From the NCBI GenBank assembly GCA_942490545.1, contig CALNXX010000005.1:352809-376808 (forward strand): DNA of 24,000 nucleotides, read 5' to 3'. Below the pieces are notes generated by a model. The model saw only the letters and a list, made by a program, of their open reading frames with translations, ran no database searches and was not told the origin of the DNA. The DNA comes from an uncultured Gammaproteobacteria bacterium (GTDB lineage Bacteria > Pseudomonadota > Gammaproteobacteria > Enterobacterales > Alteromonadaceae). A program made the position numbers and the translations under genes. Shown in pieces: positions 14,762 through 24,000 of this stretch. Position 1 is the stretch's first letter. Every line of letters starts with the position of its first letter.

Positions 14762-15547
14762 GTGCTTAATTCAAATTCAATAGATATTAAACAGCGTGTG
14801 GCACAGCAATTTGGAATGGCAGCTGCACGGTACGATCTTTTAGCGGGTGTTCAGGAAGAAATTGCCATTGATGCATTGGAATTAATGGTTGGGCAGAAAT
14901 CGAAAGTGTTACTTGATATTGGATGTGGCACTGGCAGAATTACGCAAATGCTACAGCAATATTCAGAGCGTGTAGTGGGGGTCGATCTTGCTTACGGAAT
15001 GATTACCTTTGCTAAATCCCGTCCTTTAACCGATAACATTGAATGGATCGTTGGCGATGTAGACAATTTGCCACTACAAGACAACTCGGTTGATTCTATA
15101 TTTTCATCAATGGCTTTACAGTGGAGCAGTTGTGCTCAACAATGCTTTCGTGAATTATATCGGGTTTGTAAAACCAATGGACGGATCGTTTTGGCCATAA
15201 TGACAGATGGTTCGTTAACTGAACTACGGTCAACATGGGATCTAATCGATAATGAGCAGCAAATTAATCAATTTTATTCAGGTGTGACGTTGTATGATGT
15301 TGCCGTAAGTTCAGGTTTTTCGGCGAAAATAACCGAAAAATATTACTGCACTTGGCATTCTTCGGTGAATTCGGTCATGCATTCAATAAAAGATATTGGT
15401 GCAGGAGTGGCTCAATCGGGAATGACAAAACACAGACTAAACAAATCAAAGCTAACGGCGTTACAAGACAACTATTTTCGGTTGCATCAACAAAAAGGCA
15501 AGTTACCTCTTACTTACCAAGTCAGTTTTTTGGAATTAACTAAATGA
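14762..15547 (+). CDS. bioC: Malonyl-ACP O-methyltransferase
   Basis: Class I SAM-methyltransferase motif LDIGCGTG. GTG start. It sits at the expected place in the bioBFCD operon and overlaps bioD by 4 nt (ATGA). Confidence 0.85.
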   Translation: MLNSNSIDIKQRVAQQFGMAAARYDLLAGVQEEIAIDALELMVGQKSKVLLDIGCGTGRITQMLQQYSERVVGVDLAYGMITFAKSRPLTDNIEWIVGDVDNLPLQDNSVDSIFSSMALQWSSCAQQCFRELYRVCKTNGRIVLAIMTDGSLTELRSTWDLIDNEQQINQFYSGVTLYDVAVSSGFSAKITEKYYCTWHSSVNSVMHSIKDIGAGVAQSGMTKHRLNKSKLTALQDNYFRLHQQKGKLPLTYQVSFLELTK

Positions 15548-16221
15548 CAACGTTTTTTATTACAGGAACCGATACAGGCGTCGGTAAAACTTTTATCGCT
15601 TGTACAATAATGGATTATGTAAAACATCGAGGCACGTCTTGTATTGGTTTTAAGCCAGTCGCGTCTGGATGTGAAGAGGGTGAATTCGGATTGGTTAATT
15701 CCGATGCATTAGCCTTGCAAGCGGCAAGTGATTTTGACTTAAGCTATTCGGAAATAAATCCCTATGCTTTTAAAGAAGCCATTGCTCCGCATATTGCTGC
15801 GCAAAAAATGGATTCTGTTATTTCTATATCTACACTAACGGACGCCTATTTAAACCTAACAGAAAAAGATCCGGATTTGTTATTGATTGAAGGCGCTGGC
15901 GGGTGGCGTTTACCTTTATGCAGTAATATATTTATGTCTGATTTTGTGAAGCTACATAAGCTGCCGGTATTGTTGGTGATTGGAATGCGTTTGGGTTGTT
16001 TAAATCATGCTAGGTTAACCGTCGAAGCAATCCAAAATGATGGCCTTGAAATTATTGGCTGGGTAGCGAACCATGTAGACGCTAATATGGACTATCACTC
16101 TGAAAATGTTGAAGCTTTGAAAGAGCTTATTCCTGCGCCATTTATAGGAGAAGTTCCTTTAGTTAGCGATACTTCTCAAGCTTGGAGTTATCTGGATTTC
16201 ACACCATTATTTCATCGATAA
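15544..16221 (+). CDS. bioD: Dethiobiotin synthetase
   Basis: P-loop-like FITGTDTGVGKT, then EGAGGW. 225 aa, the last gene of the bio operon. Confidence 0.92.
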   Translation: MTTFFITGTDTGVGKTFIACTIMDYVKHRGTSCIGFKPVASGCEEGEFGLVNSDALALQAASDFDLSYSEINPYAFKEAIAPHIAAQKMDSVISISTLTDAYLNLTEKDPDLLLIEGAGGWRLPLCSNIFMSDFVKLHKLPVLLVIGMRLGCLNHARLTVEAIQNDGLEIIGWVANHVDANMDYHSENVEALKELIPAPFIGEVPLVSDTSQAWSYLDFTPLFHR

Positions 16222-16226
16222 TGGAG

Positions 16227-16253
16227 ATGCCCCCTTTTGTAAAAAAGGGGCAT
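16227..16253. terminator. Bidirectional terminator between convergent bioD and pepE
   Basis: The arms ATGCCCCCTTTT / AAAAAAGGGGCAT pair (offset by one C) to give a GC-rich stem, with A/T runs on both sides. The hairpin sits between the two stop codons. Confidence 0.8.
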
Positions 16254-16260
16254 GAGCTTA

Positions 16261-16962
16261 TTAATCAACGTTTAACAGGGTAGATAGTTGCGAATTGTTT
16301 TCAATGTGTATTTGCTCCCCGCCAATAAAAACAAAACTCTCACCGTCACCTATTATTTCGTATTGGCCATCATTTACCTTAAATGCCGTTCCTTCGGGTA
16401 TCGCTAAAATTGGCATTTTGGGATTAAGTTGCATAAATTCGGCTAACCTTTCAGCCCTAGTTTCACCATTGTGCCCGGGTGGTTGATAGTTGGTAAAATG
16501 CGGGTTCAATTGAAATGGGACTAAATTTAACGCGGTAAATGAAGGCGGCTCTATAATAGGCATGTCGTTGGTGGTTCGAATGCTATTTCCTGCGATATTT
16601 GAACCTGCACTCCAACCTATAAAGGCCGTGCCATCCATAACTCGTTCTTTTATCGCCCCCACTAAATCATAACGATAAAGACTGTATAAAAGATTAAATG
16701 TATTTCCGCCACCCACTAAAATTGCGTCGGCTTGTGTTATTGCAGCGAGTGGAATATCCCATTCATGCACACCTCTTATCGAAATGTCTGGTAAGGCTGA
16801 TTGCACCTTGGAGAGATAATCGTCATTGCTCATGGTCACACCCGCATAGGGAATAAACACGATGTTGCTACAATTGGCCACTTGTTGGTAAATGGCATTT
16901 CTGCCTGATTCCAAGTAGTTGGATTGCCCGGCTCTAGAGCTGCTAAGTAATAATAAATTCAT
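16261..16962 (-). CDS. pepE: Dipeptidase E (peptidase S51, alpha-aspartyl dipeptidase)
   Basis: 233 aa. MNLLLLSSS start, GGGNTFNLL, the nucleophile region GWSAGSNI and PHF, collinear with PepE. Confidence 0.85.
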   Translation of the reverse strand: MNLLLLSSSRAGQSNYLESGRNAIYQQVANCSNIVFIPYAGVTMSNDDYLSKVQSALPDISIRGVHEWDIPLAAITQADAILVGGGNTFNLLYSLYRYDLVGAIKERVMDGTAFIGWSAGSNIAGNSIRTTNDMPIIEPPSFTALNLVPFQLNPHFTNYQPPGHNGETRAERLAEFMQLNPKMPILAIPEGTAFKVNDGQYEIIGDGESFVFIGGEQIHIENNSQLSTLLNVD

Positions 16963-17139
16963 CAGAACTCGTTATGTTCGTTTTTAAACTGGGGTTATTA
17001 TAGTTAGTTGATAACTCAAGACAAATAACAGAAAGGAAATGAAGAGGCGGTTAATGTAAATATCTGTTGCATGGGCATAACAACTATTTTTAACATACTC
17101 CCTGAGCACATCCCTGTATGCTCATAAAAATTATTTAAA

Positions 17140-17913
17140 TTAGCAACCTAATTCATTGCTTAGGCCGCCTGTTTGGCCTTCAACTGATGATTCTTTGTAT
17201 CCCGGTAGGCTAGGCATAATGTTTAACCCCGCACGACTTTCTACTTCATTTATCGTTACTTCTTTGGCACAGTAATTATCGTAGCGACTGCTGTTTTGTT
17301 GCATAACAAATGCAGAGGCTTCAACCCATCCAGATGACGATATTGTTGCAACAACTTTAAAGTAACCTGAAGGGATTGTGTGGCCTTCATTCGCTTGAGG
17401 TAATGTACCGAAATACCACTCATACAAAGGGCCAGTAAAGACGAACACATCGTTGCCGGTTCGAACATAATTACGTACAGCATTCTCCAGTTTAACCCAA
17501 GGTCCTTGGTTAAGGTCTGAGTCTTGTGGGGTGATATTCGACAAATAATTGGTGTCGGCCCACGCAGACGTATTACTGAAACTGGCTAGCGGCACTTGAT
17601 GACCACGGTCAGTTCCAAGAACCGCATTAGCATCATTATAGTCACTCGGCTCCAATGTATAACCGCTGTAAATCGCTGGATCAGCTTTCCAATTGCGTGA
17701 ACGGCTAGGGCCATCAATAGTGCTGGGTTTTACATTGTAAGCCGCCCAATCTACAAATTTAGTACTTCGGTTGCTACTCATTATATAGATCGATCGTTCA
17801 ACCACATCGTTATTGGAAGGAGCGCCAGTAGGGCAGCCATACGTTCCACAATGAACGCTAGCATTGGCTGAAAAAGCTAAAGTTAGTAATGACAAGGTTA
17901 TGGTTTTTTTCAT
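17140..17913 (-). CDS. Secreted DNA/RNA non-specific endonuclease (Serratia NucA / Endonuclease_NS family)
   Basis: Signal peptide MKKTITLSLLTLAFSANA. Active-site motif DRGHQVPLA and the metal-ligand region SNITPQDSDLNQGPW match the Serratia nuclease signature. Confidence 0.88.
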   Translation of the reverse strand: MKKTITLSLLTLAFSANASVHCGTYGCPTGAPSNNDVVERSIYIMSSNRSTKFVDWAAYNVKPSTIDGPSRSRNWKADPAIYSGYTLEPSDYNDANAVLGTDRGHQVPLASFSNTSAWADTNYLSNITPQDSDLNQGPWVKLENAVRNYVRTGNDVFVFTGPLYEWYFGTLPQANEGHTIPSGYFKVVATISSSGWVEASAFVMQQNSSRYDNYCAKEVTINEVESRAGLNIMPSLPGYKESSVEGQTGGLSNELGC

Positions 17914-18189
17914 GATAGTTCCTCGTTATGGTTAATAAAAGACTCGTCCCTATCATGGATTGATAAATCGAATATGACAATTGGATAAATAATTGTTTTT
18001 TCCGATTAAAAGGCTCAACTGTAAATGCTATTTTATCTTCACCAAATGAGTGAAATTGTAAGTGTTTGAAAATAAAGTGTTATATTTAGATTTGTTAATG
18101 CATTTTAGTGATTTTCAATATGGATAGTTTTTAAAATGAAAATATTTGATATACCCTAAGCACTGTTGTAAATAAGTAGAATTAAAAAA

Positions 18190-19134
18190 ATGCAAAGATT
18201 TACCTTATTATTATTACTATGTTTGGCGTCGGTTAGTGCCCAGGCTGAGAGAAGGTTCGAGAAGGATATCCTGAAAGAAACTTTCAAATTCACTCAAGAA
18301 ACCAAAGCAACCGTTAACCTAGCTGATCTTCACCAAGGTTGCCCAGAACGGGATTGTATTCCATCTATTGACGACCCTTCATTTACTACCTCTAAACTTA
18401 CCAAATACGCAGATGACGAGCCGGTAATGGTTGTGGACTACAACGGTGTGCAAAGAGCCTATAGTCTTTATATTATGCAGAATCATGAAATTGTGAATGA
18501 TCATTTCAACGGTAAACCACTGGCGGTAACTTACTGCCCACTATGCGCTTCTGCTGTCGCTTTTATTCCAAAAGTGAATGGTAAGATAACGACATTCGGT
18601 GTTTCGGGTGTACTGCACAATAGTGATTTAGTGATGTACGATCGGGAAACGGAATCTTTGTGGGGACAAATCACCGGTACAAGTATTGTAGGTAGTCAAA
18701 CAGGTAACAAGTTGGAACGTGTTTATGTTAGCCAGCATAGCTGGAAAAGAGCCAAGCGATTATTTCCCAACTTGGAAGTGCTGCTACCACCTGATGGCAG
18801 TAGTGCAGAATATAACGAAGACTATTACGCCAAGTATAAATCAGAAGATAAGGTAATGTTCCCTGTATCACTTAAAGATGCGCGATTACTGAATAAAGCT
18901 GAAGTATTTGGTTTTGAATTAGACGGTCAAGCCGTTGCTGTAGAGAGTAAATTCCTACATGAAAATCGTGCAGTACTTGAAATCATTAATGGTAAAAAAG
19001 TGAATATCGTTTTGAAAGCTGACGGTATTGTCGAAGTGCGTAATTTAACGGATAAGAAAACAGTTGTTGCAACGATGACATACTGGTTTGCTTGGTATAG
19101 CTTTCATCCTAAAACCTTACTTTTTAATAAATAA
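18190..19134 (+). CDS. DUF3179-domain protein with signal peptide
   Basis: Signal peptide, then DCIPSIDDP, YCPLC, and SGVLHNSDLVMYDRETESLW, which I recognise as the DUF3179 pattern. Confidence 0.75.
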   Translation: MQRFTLLLLLCLASVSAQAERRFEKDILKETFKFTQETKATVNLADLHQGCPERDCIPSIDDPSFTTSKLTKYADDEPVMVVDYNGVQRAYSLYIMQNHEIVNDHFNGKPLAVTYCPLCASAVAFIPKVNGKITTFGVSGVLHNSDLVMYDRETESLWGQITGTSIVGSQTGNKLERVYVSQHSWKRAKRLFPNLEVLLPPDGSSAEYNEDYYAKYKSEDKVMFPVSLKDARLLNKAEVFGFELDGQAVAVESKFLHENRAVLEIINGKKVNIVLKADGIVEVRNLTDKKTVVATMTYWFAWYSFHPKTLLFNK

Positions 19135-19205
19135 AACAACATAAGCAAATCATTCGCATGCCCGTCTACTGCTGTAGGCTGGTGTGCGACTTCCATTTTG
19201 ATGAG

Positions 19206-19742
19206 CTAACTCAAATTCCCTTCTTTTCGTGACCAAGTTCTAATTTTATCGATCTCCTGATTGGGTATACCAATAGAATCAAGAAAGTCGTGATGAGCTT
19301 CAGGTGACATCTTCTCAAACTCTACGTGCCAGTTCTTCATATCGCTCTCATTCATTCCAGAGGCGGAAAGCAGCGCAACCCATTGTTGTTTGTTGATCAC
19401 TTTTTGGCTGAGAATACCTGTTTTATCTTCTAGCATTTTTAAAATAACGCGCTGCTGCTGACGCAGTTTTTGAAATTCAGCGTGTATCTGTTCCAGTTGC
19501 TCTTCCAGAACTGAAACCATTTCAGAATCTTGCAAATCCAACAATCGTGAAATCGAGTCTAGTGGCAGTCCAGCTTCTCGATACATATTTATTTTGTGCA
19601 TTCGAGCCACATCACTTTCAGAATACAACCGGTAGTTAGCTTGGCTTCTGCCACTGGGAGATAAAAGCTTTATGGAGTCGTAATACAGTAAAGTACTGCG
19701 AGACAGGGAAAACATTTTTGCGACTTTACCGATGGTGTACAT
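19206..19742 (-). CDS. MerR-family transcriptional regulator
   Basis: N-terminal MYTIGKVAKMFSLSRSTLLYYDSIKLL...YRLYSESDVARMHKI winged-HTH, then a coiled-coil (EEQLEQIHAEFQKLRQQQ) and an effector domain of unknown type. Confidence 0.85.
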   Translation of the reverse strand: MYTIGKVAKMFSLSRSTLLYYDSIKLLSPSGRSQANYRLYSESDVARMHKINMYREAGLPLDSISRLLDLQDSEMVSVLEEQLEQIHAEFQKLRQQQRVILKMLEDKTGILSQKVINKQQWVALLSASGMNESDMKNWHVEFEKMSPEAHHDFLDSIGIPNQEIDKIRTWSRKEGNLS

Positions 19743-19874
19743 GGCGAGAATGTTCCGGAAAATAATTAATGATAGAAAGGTAAAGTATAAAGTAATAGTC
19801 AGGTCTAGCTCGTACCATTATTTAAAAATCAGCAGTGATTATTCTCAACCCCCAATGTTTTGCTCTTTAAGAGC

Positions 19875-20147
19875 TTACTTTCGTGTTTCTTCCTGTTCTT
19901 CCAGAGCTTTCATTTTTTCTTTTTGGGTTGAAGTTCTCGGTGCAGATTGGTGTGTATTGTGGGATGAATTAATGTCTATATTTTGAGTGTGGTCTTTATC
20001 TGGTTTATCTTTATTAGATTGGGCTTTATCTGATTGGCATAGCGAGTGATGCACTTGTGAATTTTTCTCGAAGGCCTTACTTAAAAAGGAGATCACGTAT
20101 TTAACATTAAAAGGGGCAACAAAGCGTTGTTTGGTATATCTGTTCAT
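19875..20147 (-). CDS. Hypothetical low-complexity basic/polar protein (90 aa). Coding status uncertain
   Basis: An ORF on the same strand as the MerR gene and upstream of it. Weak SD (GGATG). The C-terminal two thirds are Q/K/D/S/H/T-rich and low-complexity. No recognisable family. Confidence 0.3.
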   Translation of the reverse strand: MNRYTKQRFVAPFNVKYVISFLSKAFEKNSQVHHSLCQSDKAQSNKDKPDKDHTQNIDINSSHNTHQSAPRTSTQKEKMKALEEQEETRK

Positions 20148-20472
20148 ATAACATCCATATCATATAGTTTTGAAATATCGAAAGGGGTTTAATTGTGTCT
20201 CTTTGTTTGTGGCTAGTCTATTCGAATGGGATTCAATAATCAATGGTTGGGTTGCAAAAGTGTCCCTGCAGGAGGGGGTAGATAATAAGCGAAAATCTTC
20301 TATGTAAGTGGCTGTTGTGCCATGATCTCGCCTAAGTTGTTATCGATACCCCTTATAAAATCCTTCCATAATTTATGCTTTGGCATCATTGCTTTAATGC
20401 TGGCTCTTGAGTAAAGTTCTTGAATAAAAATAATGCAAATGTCTTTTTATCGACTTGCTATTTTATCTACTA

Positions 20473-20501
20473 ACGTTAATGCGCCTAATATGCGCATTAA
20501 C
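20473..20501 (-). terminator. Strong hairpin downstream of the rhodanese gene
   Basis: CGTTAATGCGC-ctaatat-GCGCATTAACG is an 11-bp perfect stem, 61 nt past the stop on the minus strand. There is no clear U-tract, so it may be a Rho-dependent/structural element or a protein-binding palindrome instead. Confidence 0.4.
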
Positions 20502-20561
20502 GGTAGTACTAATTTATTCATGTATTGGAAAGGGGTATTTACCTATTAACTGGTGTAATAA

Positions 20562-20966
20562 TTAGTGGGAATGTTCACTGCTAACAACTGGTAATTCTGC
20601 TTCAACCCAACCATTCATGTCACCGGATAAATGACGTAAATCGCTAAAGCCATTTTTAGCAAGAATGCTTTCAGCAAAGGCAGCACGACGGCCTGAACGA
20701 CAGTAAACAACTACGGTGCTGTCTTTATATTGAGTTAGTTCGCCAAGCTTTTCTTTCACCAAGTCATGGCTAACATTAATAGCGTTAGCAATATGGCCTT
20801 GGTTGTATTCGCCTTCGGAACGAACATCCAATACAACAATATTATGATTAGATGCTTTAAGTGCGGTTAATAATTCTTGCTGGGAAATGGGAGGGGTATC
20901 TCCGGCAAATGCTGTCGAGGCAAAAAAGCTGAATGCTAGAGTGAAAAGCGTTTTAATTTTAAACAT
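20562..20966 (-). CDS. Periplasmic single-domain rhodanese (PspE-like sulfurtransferase)
   Basis: Signal peptide MFKIKTLFTLAFSFFASTAFA. Rhodanese fold motifs LDVRSEGEY..GHI and the active-site loop YCRSGRRA. Confidence 0.85.
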   Translation of the reverse strand: MFKIKTLFTLAFSFFASTAFAGDTPPISQQELLTALKASNHNIVVLDVRSEGEYNQGHIANAINVSHDLVKEKLGELTQYKDSTVVVYCRSGRRAAFAESILAKNGFSDLRHLSGDMNGWVEAELPVVSSEHSH

Positions 20967-21032
20967 TATTCATTTCCCAAGTGGTTGGTTAACGTGTGTT
21001 GTACCAATTCTACTATATTGTGTTCAAGGTTT

Positions 21033-21665
21033 TTATTGGTAAGGTGCCATTATCTTATGGATGTAGGGTGTAATACCGGCAAAAAAGAACTCAACAGCAA
21101 TCAGCATAACGATTAGTCCCATCACCCGCATCATTACTTTACTGCCGCTAGATCCAAGCAATGACAATAATTGACGTCCGTATATAAAAGTAAGAGCAGT
21201 TAATACCGACACAATGAATAAGCTAATAATGATTTCGCTCTTGGCAACAATGTCGGTCGCTTCCTTATAAAACAGAATAGCCATGGTGATGCCGCCAGGG
21301 CCTGCAATCATAGGAATGCCTAGCGGCGCGATAGCGATATCGCTGCCATATTCGTGTTCGGTTTCCTGTTCTTGTTTTTTAGGAACTGTTTTACCTCTCA
21401 GCATTTCATACCCCATTATAAAAAATAGTATTCCGCCTGCGACTTTTAATCCGCTAACGGAGATCCCAAAAAACTCAAAAATCCATTCGCCTAGAGAGCC
21501 AAATAAAACCAATGCAAAAAACGCCGTTGCTGACGCTTTTATGGCGACCTTGCGGCACAACTGTTTGGAGAAGGACTCCGTCATGGAAATGTACAGTGGC
21601 ACACTACCAAGGGGATTAATCATGGTGAAAAAGGAGGTAACTAAAAACAGGATTTGTTCAAACAT
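21033..21665 (-). CDS. MarC-family (UPF0056) integral membrane protein
   Basis: 210 aa with 6 hydrophobic helices. N-terminal INPLGSVPLY and a central IAPLGIPMIAGPG, both typical of MarC/YhgN proteins. Confidence 0.8.
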   Translation of the reverse strand: MFEQILFLVTSFFTMINPLGSVPLYISMTESFSKQLCRKVAIKASATAFFALVLFGSLGEWIFEFFGISVSGLKVAGGILFFIMGYEMLRGKTVPKKQEQETEHEYGSDIAIAPLGIPMIAGPGGITMAILFYKEATDIVAKSEIIISLFIVSVLTALTFIYGRQLLSLLGSSGSKVMMRVMGLIVMLIAVEFFFAGITPYIHKIMAPYQ

Positions 21666-21972
21666 CTAACAACTTCTACTTTACTGATTGATTGAATAAC
21701 GCGCGCAACTTATAGCAATGTCTGTGCTAAGTCTAGACAAGTAATCCAATGTGCTCCAAAAGTATTGAGTTTAAATCAATAACTGATTTGCTTCGGTAAA
21801 ATATTTTCTAACTTCGATTGAAGTTGCTTAAGCAACCTTAGCAACTTATTGGGTTAAATAAGGAAAATGAATGGGTAGTTGAGCACGCCACAAAATACCG
21901 TGAAAAGTATCAACAACTTTTGGCGTTAATAATGAATAATTCCTATTTAAGCAAACGGTTTTCTTGAGGTAA

Positions 21973-22446
21973 AAGTTCAAAACTGGACAAAGGCTAGGTG
22001 TGGCGGCAGGTTCCTATGGCGGGTCAGCCATTGTGCAAGTTGTTGATGTAACGGTAGTGAATAACCAATGCATAATTAATAAAATCACGTCATTAGTTGA
22101 TTGTGGAATGGTTGTTGACCAAAGTGGGACCGAACAGCAAATTGAAGGTTCTATTATATGGACTTTGAACGCGCTGTTTACACCGTCAACGCAGTTTAAA
22201 GACAGCCAAATAATCCAAACAAACTTTCATGATTCACCATTACTACGCATATCCACTATACCGAAGATGGAAACCCATTTTTTGCCTAGTGATGAAGCCC
22301 CAACGGGTTTAGGTGAACCTGCAATATGTTCTCTTGCCCCTGCAGTGCTTAATGCTATCTTTGCGGCAAGTGGGAAACGAATCAGGTCAAGACAAATCAA
22401 AAACCTTGAATTGGCCGATAAATATAATTTACCAAAAACGGTTTAA
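21973..22446 (+). pseudogene. 5'-truncated remnant of an IorB/aldehyde-oxidase-type molybdopterin-binding subunit (only about the last 150 of roughly 700+ residues)
   Basis: The translation ...SYGGSAIVQVVDV...VDCGMVVDQSGTEQQIEGSIIW...NFHDSPLLRISTIPKMETHFLPSDEAPTGLGEPAICSLAPAVLNAIFAASGKRIR matches the extreme C-terminus of this family. An in-frame stop lies at 21970, with about 300 bp of non-coding-looking DNA upstream. There are no partner small or medium subunits. Confidence 0.65.
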
Positions 22447-22566
22447 AACTTTGTTAAAAGCTGTAAAACTCAGGACAGAGAGTAAGTCAAAAAGCAGGTT
22501 TATTAAATTTGCGCTTTTTAAGCAGCAGTTCAAATGATAAAGTTGCGCCTTTTTGTCGGTTTCAAT

Positions 22567-22640
22567 TCTGTAACAACTCGCCGTATTCTAATTAGGTGCT
22601 GCTACAGGTTATCAACAGAGAGTGACAGAATTCTTACAGG
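22567..22640 (+). repeat. Possible divergent, compacted copy of the intergenic repeat family
   Basis: tctgtaacaac..cgccgtattctaattaggtgctgctacagg...cttacagg resembles tctgcaacaaa / gcgttacagtctaattatctagattactacag / cttacagac in the other copies. The alignment is loose. Confidence 0.35.
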
Positions 22641-22726
22641 GTTTGATCGTTTTTATGCTTCATCGATTGAAATTGTCGAGCTTGGATTGTGTAATATTAC
22701 CGAATAGTAATAAATAGGTTTTAAAT

Positions 22727-23725
22727 ATGAAATACGATGTCTATGGGATTGGAAACGCTTTAGTTGATATGGAGTTCAAAGTAGATGATGACTTCCTGAA
22801 TACCCACGGAATTGAAAAAAGTTTAATGACTTTGGTAGAGGAAGAACGTCAGTTTCAAATCGTCAAAGAGCTGACTGATAAAAATAAATTTGAAGTCAAA
22901 AGGCAATGCGGTGGTTCGGCTGCCAATACGATGATTGCCGTCTCCCAATTTGGTGGCAGTGCTTTTTACTCATTCAAAATTGCCGATGACGATATGGGGC
23001 ATTTTTACCTAAATGACATCAAAGAAAATGGCATTGGAACCAAGAACGCAGAAGGCAAGTTACCTGAAGGCATTACAGGTAAATGTATTGTTATGGTGAC
23101 ACCAGACGCCGAACGCACTATGAATACTTATCTTGGAATTACCGCTGCTCTAGACGAAGAACAAATAGATGTTGAAGCACTAAAGAATTCTAAATGGGTG
23201 TACGTTGAAGGCTATTTGGTTGCAAGCCCTACAGGCCAAAAAGCGGCACTAAAAACATTGGAGCTTGCAAACAAATATGGCGTGAAGAAATCGTTAACCA
23301 TGAGCGATCCTAACATGGTTAATTTCTTCAAAGAAAATATGAACCAATTGATGAGCTTTGGTTTAGATTTATTATTCTGTAATGAGCAAGAAGCCCTTGA
23401 TTTTACAGGCCAAGAGTCAATTGTTGAGGCAAGAGAAGAGCTTAAGAAATTTGCAGAGCACTTTGTTATTACGCTGGGTAAAAATGGCGCGATGATTTGG
23501 GATGGCACTACCTTTATCGATATTGAACCACACACTGTTGACACCATCGACAGCAATGGTGCTGGCGATATGTTTGCAGGTGCATTCCTATACGGAATTA
23601 ATAATGGTCACACCTATGCTGGCGCTGGGTCATTAGCCAGTTTGGCTAGCTCACAAATAGTGGCACAGTTCGGGCCGCGTTTGTCTTGGGTACAAGCCAA
23701 GGAAGTGAAAAAGAGTTTAGTATAA
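22727..23725 (+). CDS. PfkB-family kinase (adenosine-kinase-like nucleoside/sugar kinase)
   Basis: 332 aa. N-terminal GIGNALVD, GGSAANT, and the C-terminal PfkB signature DSNGAGDMFAGAFLYG. Confidence 0.85.
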   Translation: MKYDVYGIGNALVDMEFKVDDDFLNTHGIEKSLMTLVEEERQFQIVKELTDKNKFEVKRQCGGSAANTMIAVSQFGGSAFYSFKIADDDMGHFYLNDIKENGIGTKNAEGKLPEGITGKCIVMVTPDAERTMNTYLGITAALDEEQIDVEALKNSKWVYVEGYLVASPTGQKAALKTLELANKYGVKKSLTMSDPNMVNFFKENMNQLMSFGLDLLFCNEQEALDFTGQESIVEAREELKKFAEHFVITLGKNGAMIWDGTTFIDIEPHTVDTIDSNGAGDMFAGAFLYGINNGHTYAGAGSLASLASSQIVAQFGPRLSWVQAKEVKKSLV

Positions 23726-23796
23726 AGCTGTTTCTTCACTGGATTAGCTTTACTGATAATCGCTACAGTTAGTTACTTATTACTGGCAATTCCTAT

Positions 23797-23837
23797 CGGC
23801 AATTATTCTAACGAGAGAATCATTGCCGATTTGCTTT
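23797..23837 (+). terminator. Terminator-like hairpin after the PfkB gene
   Basis: CGGCAATTATTCT-aacgag-AGAATCATTGCCG gives 12 of 13 paired positions, followed by atttgcttt. Confidence 0.55.
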
Positions 23838-23879
23838 AAAAACATGCCTCACATAAACAAATAAAGAGATAAACATCCC

Positions 23880-24000
23880 GTGACTCAGACCACAGGTAAA
23901 GTTTGGGTAGGGGTTGGTATCATCGTCGAAAACGACAACAATGAAATATTAATGATGCGGAGAAAATCAAAGCATGGGCTAGGCCAGTACTCCATTCCTG
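23880..24000 (+). CDS. NUDIX hydrolase, N-terminal fragment (runs off the window)
   Basis: From a GTG start, the translation VTQTTGKVWVGVGIIVENDNNEILMMRRKSKHGLGQYSIP has the typical NUDIX N-terminal beta-strand pattern that precedes the Nudix box. The start codon is uncertain. Confidence 0.5.
   Translation, partial: MTQTTGKVWVGVGIIVENDNNEILMMRRKSKHGLGQYSIP

Noticed and set aside
19732-19986. 84-aa plus-strand ORF overlapping the MerR start and the low-complexity ORF
   Set aside because: It is antisense to both neighbours and has no SD or family signal.
20210-20240. tRNA-like TTCGAAT string (gtctattcgaatgggattc)
   Set aside because: No acceptor, D or anticodon stems can be drawn around it, so it is an isolated T-loop-like heptamer only.
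20321-20413. 30-aa hydrophobic mini-ORF MISPKLLSIPLIKSFHNLCFGIIALMLALE
   Set aside because: There is no SD or supporting feature. It lies in the region downstream of the rhodanese gene and is indistinguishable from chance.
1-24000. CRISPR arrays, rRNA/tRNA genes, transposases or integrases
   Set aside because: No regularly spaced short direct repeats, no rRNA- or tRNA-like sequence, and no ORF with transposase or recombinase motifs were found on either strand.

Overview
This is an AT-rich window that looks gammaproteobacterial. The gene content and protein style suggest a marine Alteromonadales or Colwelliaceae-like organism, but that is inference only. The right two thirds (about 9.4-24 kb) are ordinary, densely packed chromosome: asnS, a divergent biotin locus (bioA <-> bioBFCD) with a clear BirA operator, and pepE. 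They are followed by a secreted Serratia-type non-specific nuclease, a DUF3179 protein, a MerR regulator, a periplasmic rhodanese and a MarC-family protein. Last come a 5'-truncated IorB-type molybdo-hydroxylase remnant, a PfkB kinase and the start of a NUDIX gene. The left 9.4 kb is different. By my hand count it is only about 60% coding, with several 400-650 bp very AT-rich gaps. It holds DoxX, a ydjA-like nitroreductase, an overlapping HTH/polytopic-membrane gene pair, a large secreted S8 subtilase (I9 propeptide, PA insert, two PPC domains) and an orphan type II thioesterase. It also holds two stand-alone genes for tiny signal-peptide-bearing proteins that look like divergent paralogs. They share a GG[ST]K..GDP motif, and within one gene the motif is duplicated with only synonymous codon differences. 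One of these genes has a perfect 18-bp palindrome over its likely promoter. A family of intergenic repeats about 110-165 bp long (at least 6-7 copies) marks the boundaries between the gene modules. The peptide/protease/HTH-membrane neighbourhood and the repeat family are the best candidates for something undescribed. All functional links between them are hypotheses. No rRNA, tRNA, CRISPR array or transposase was seen.
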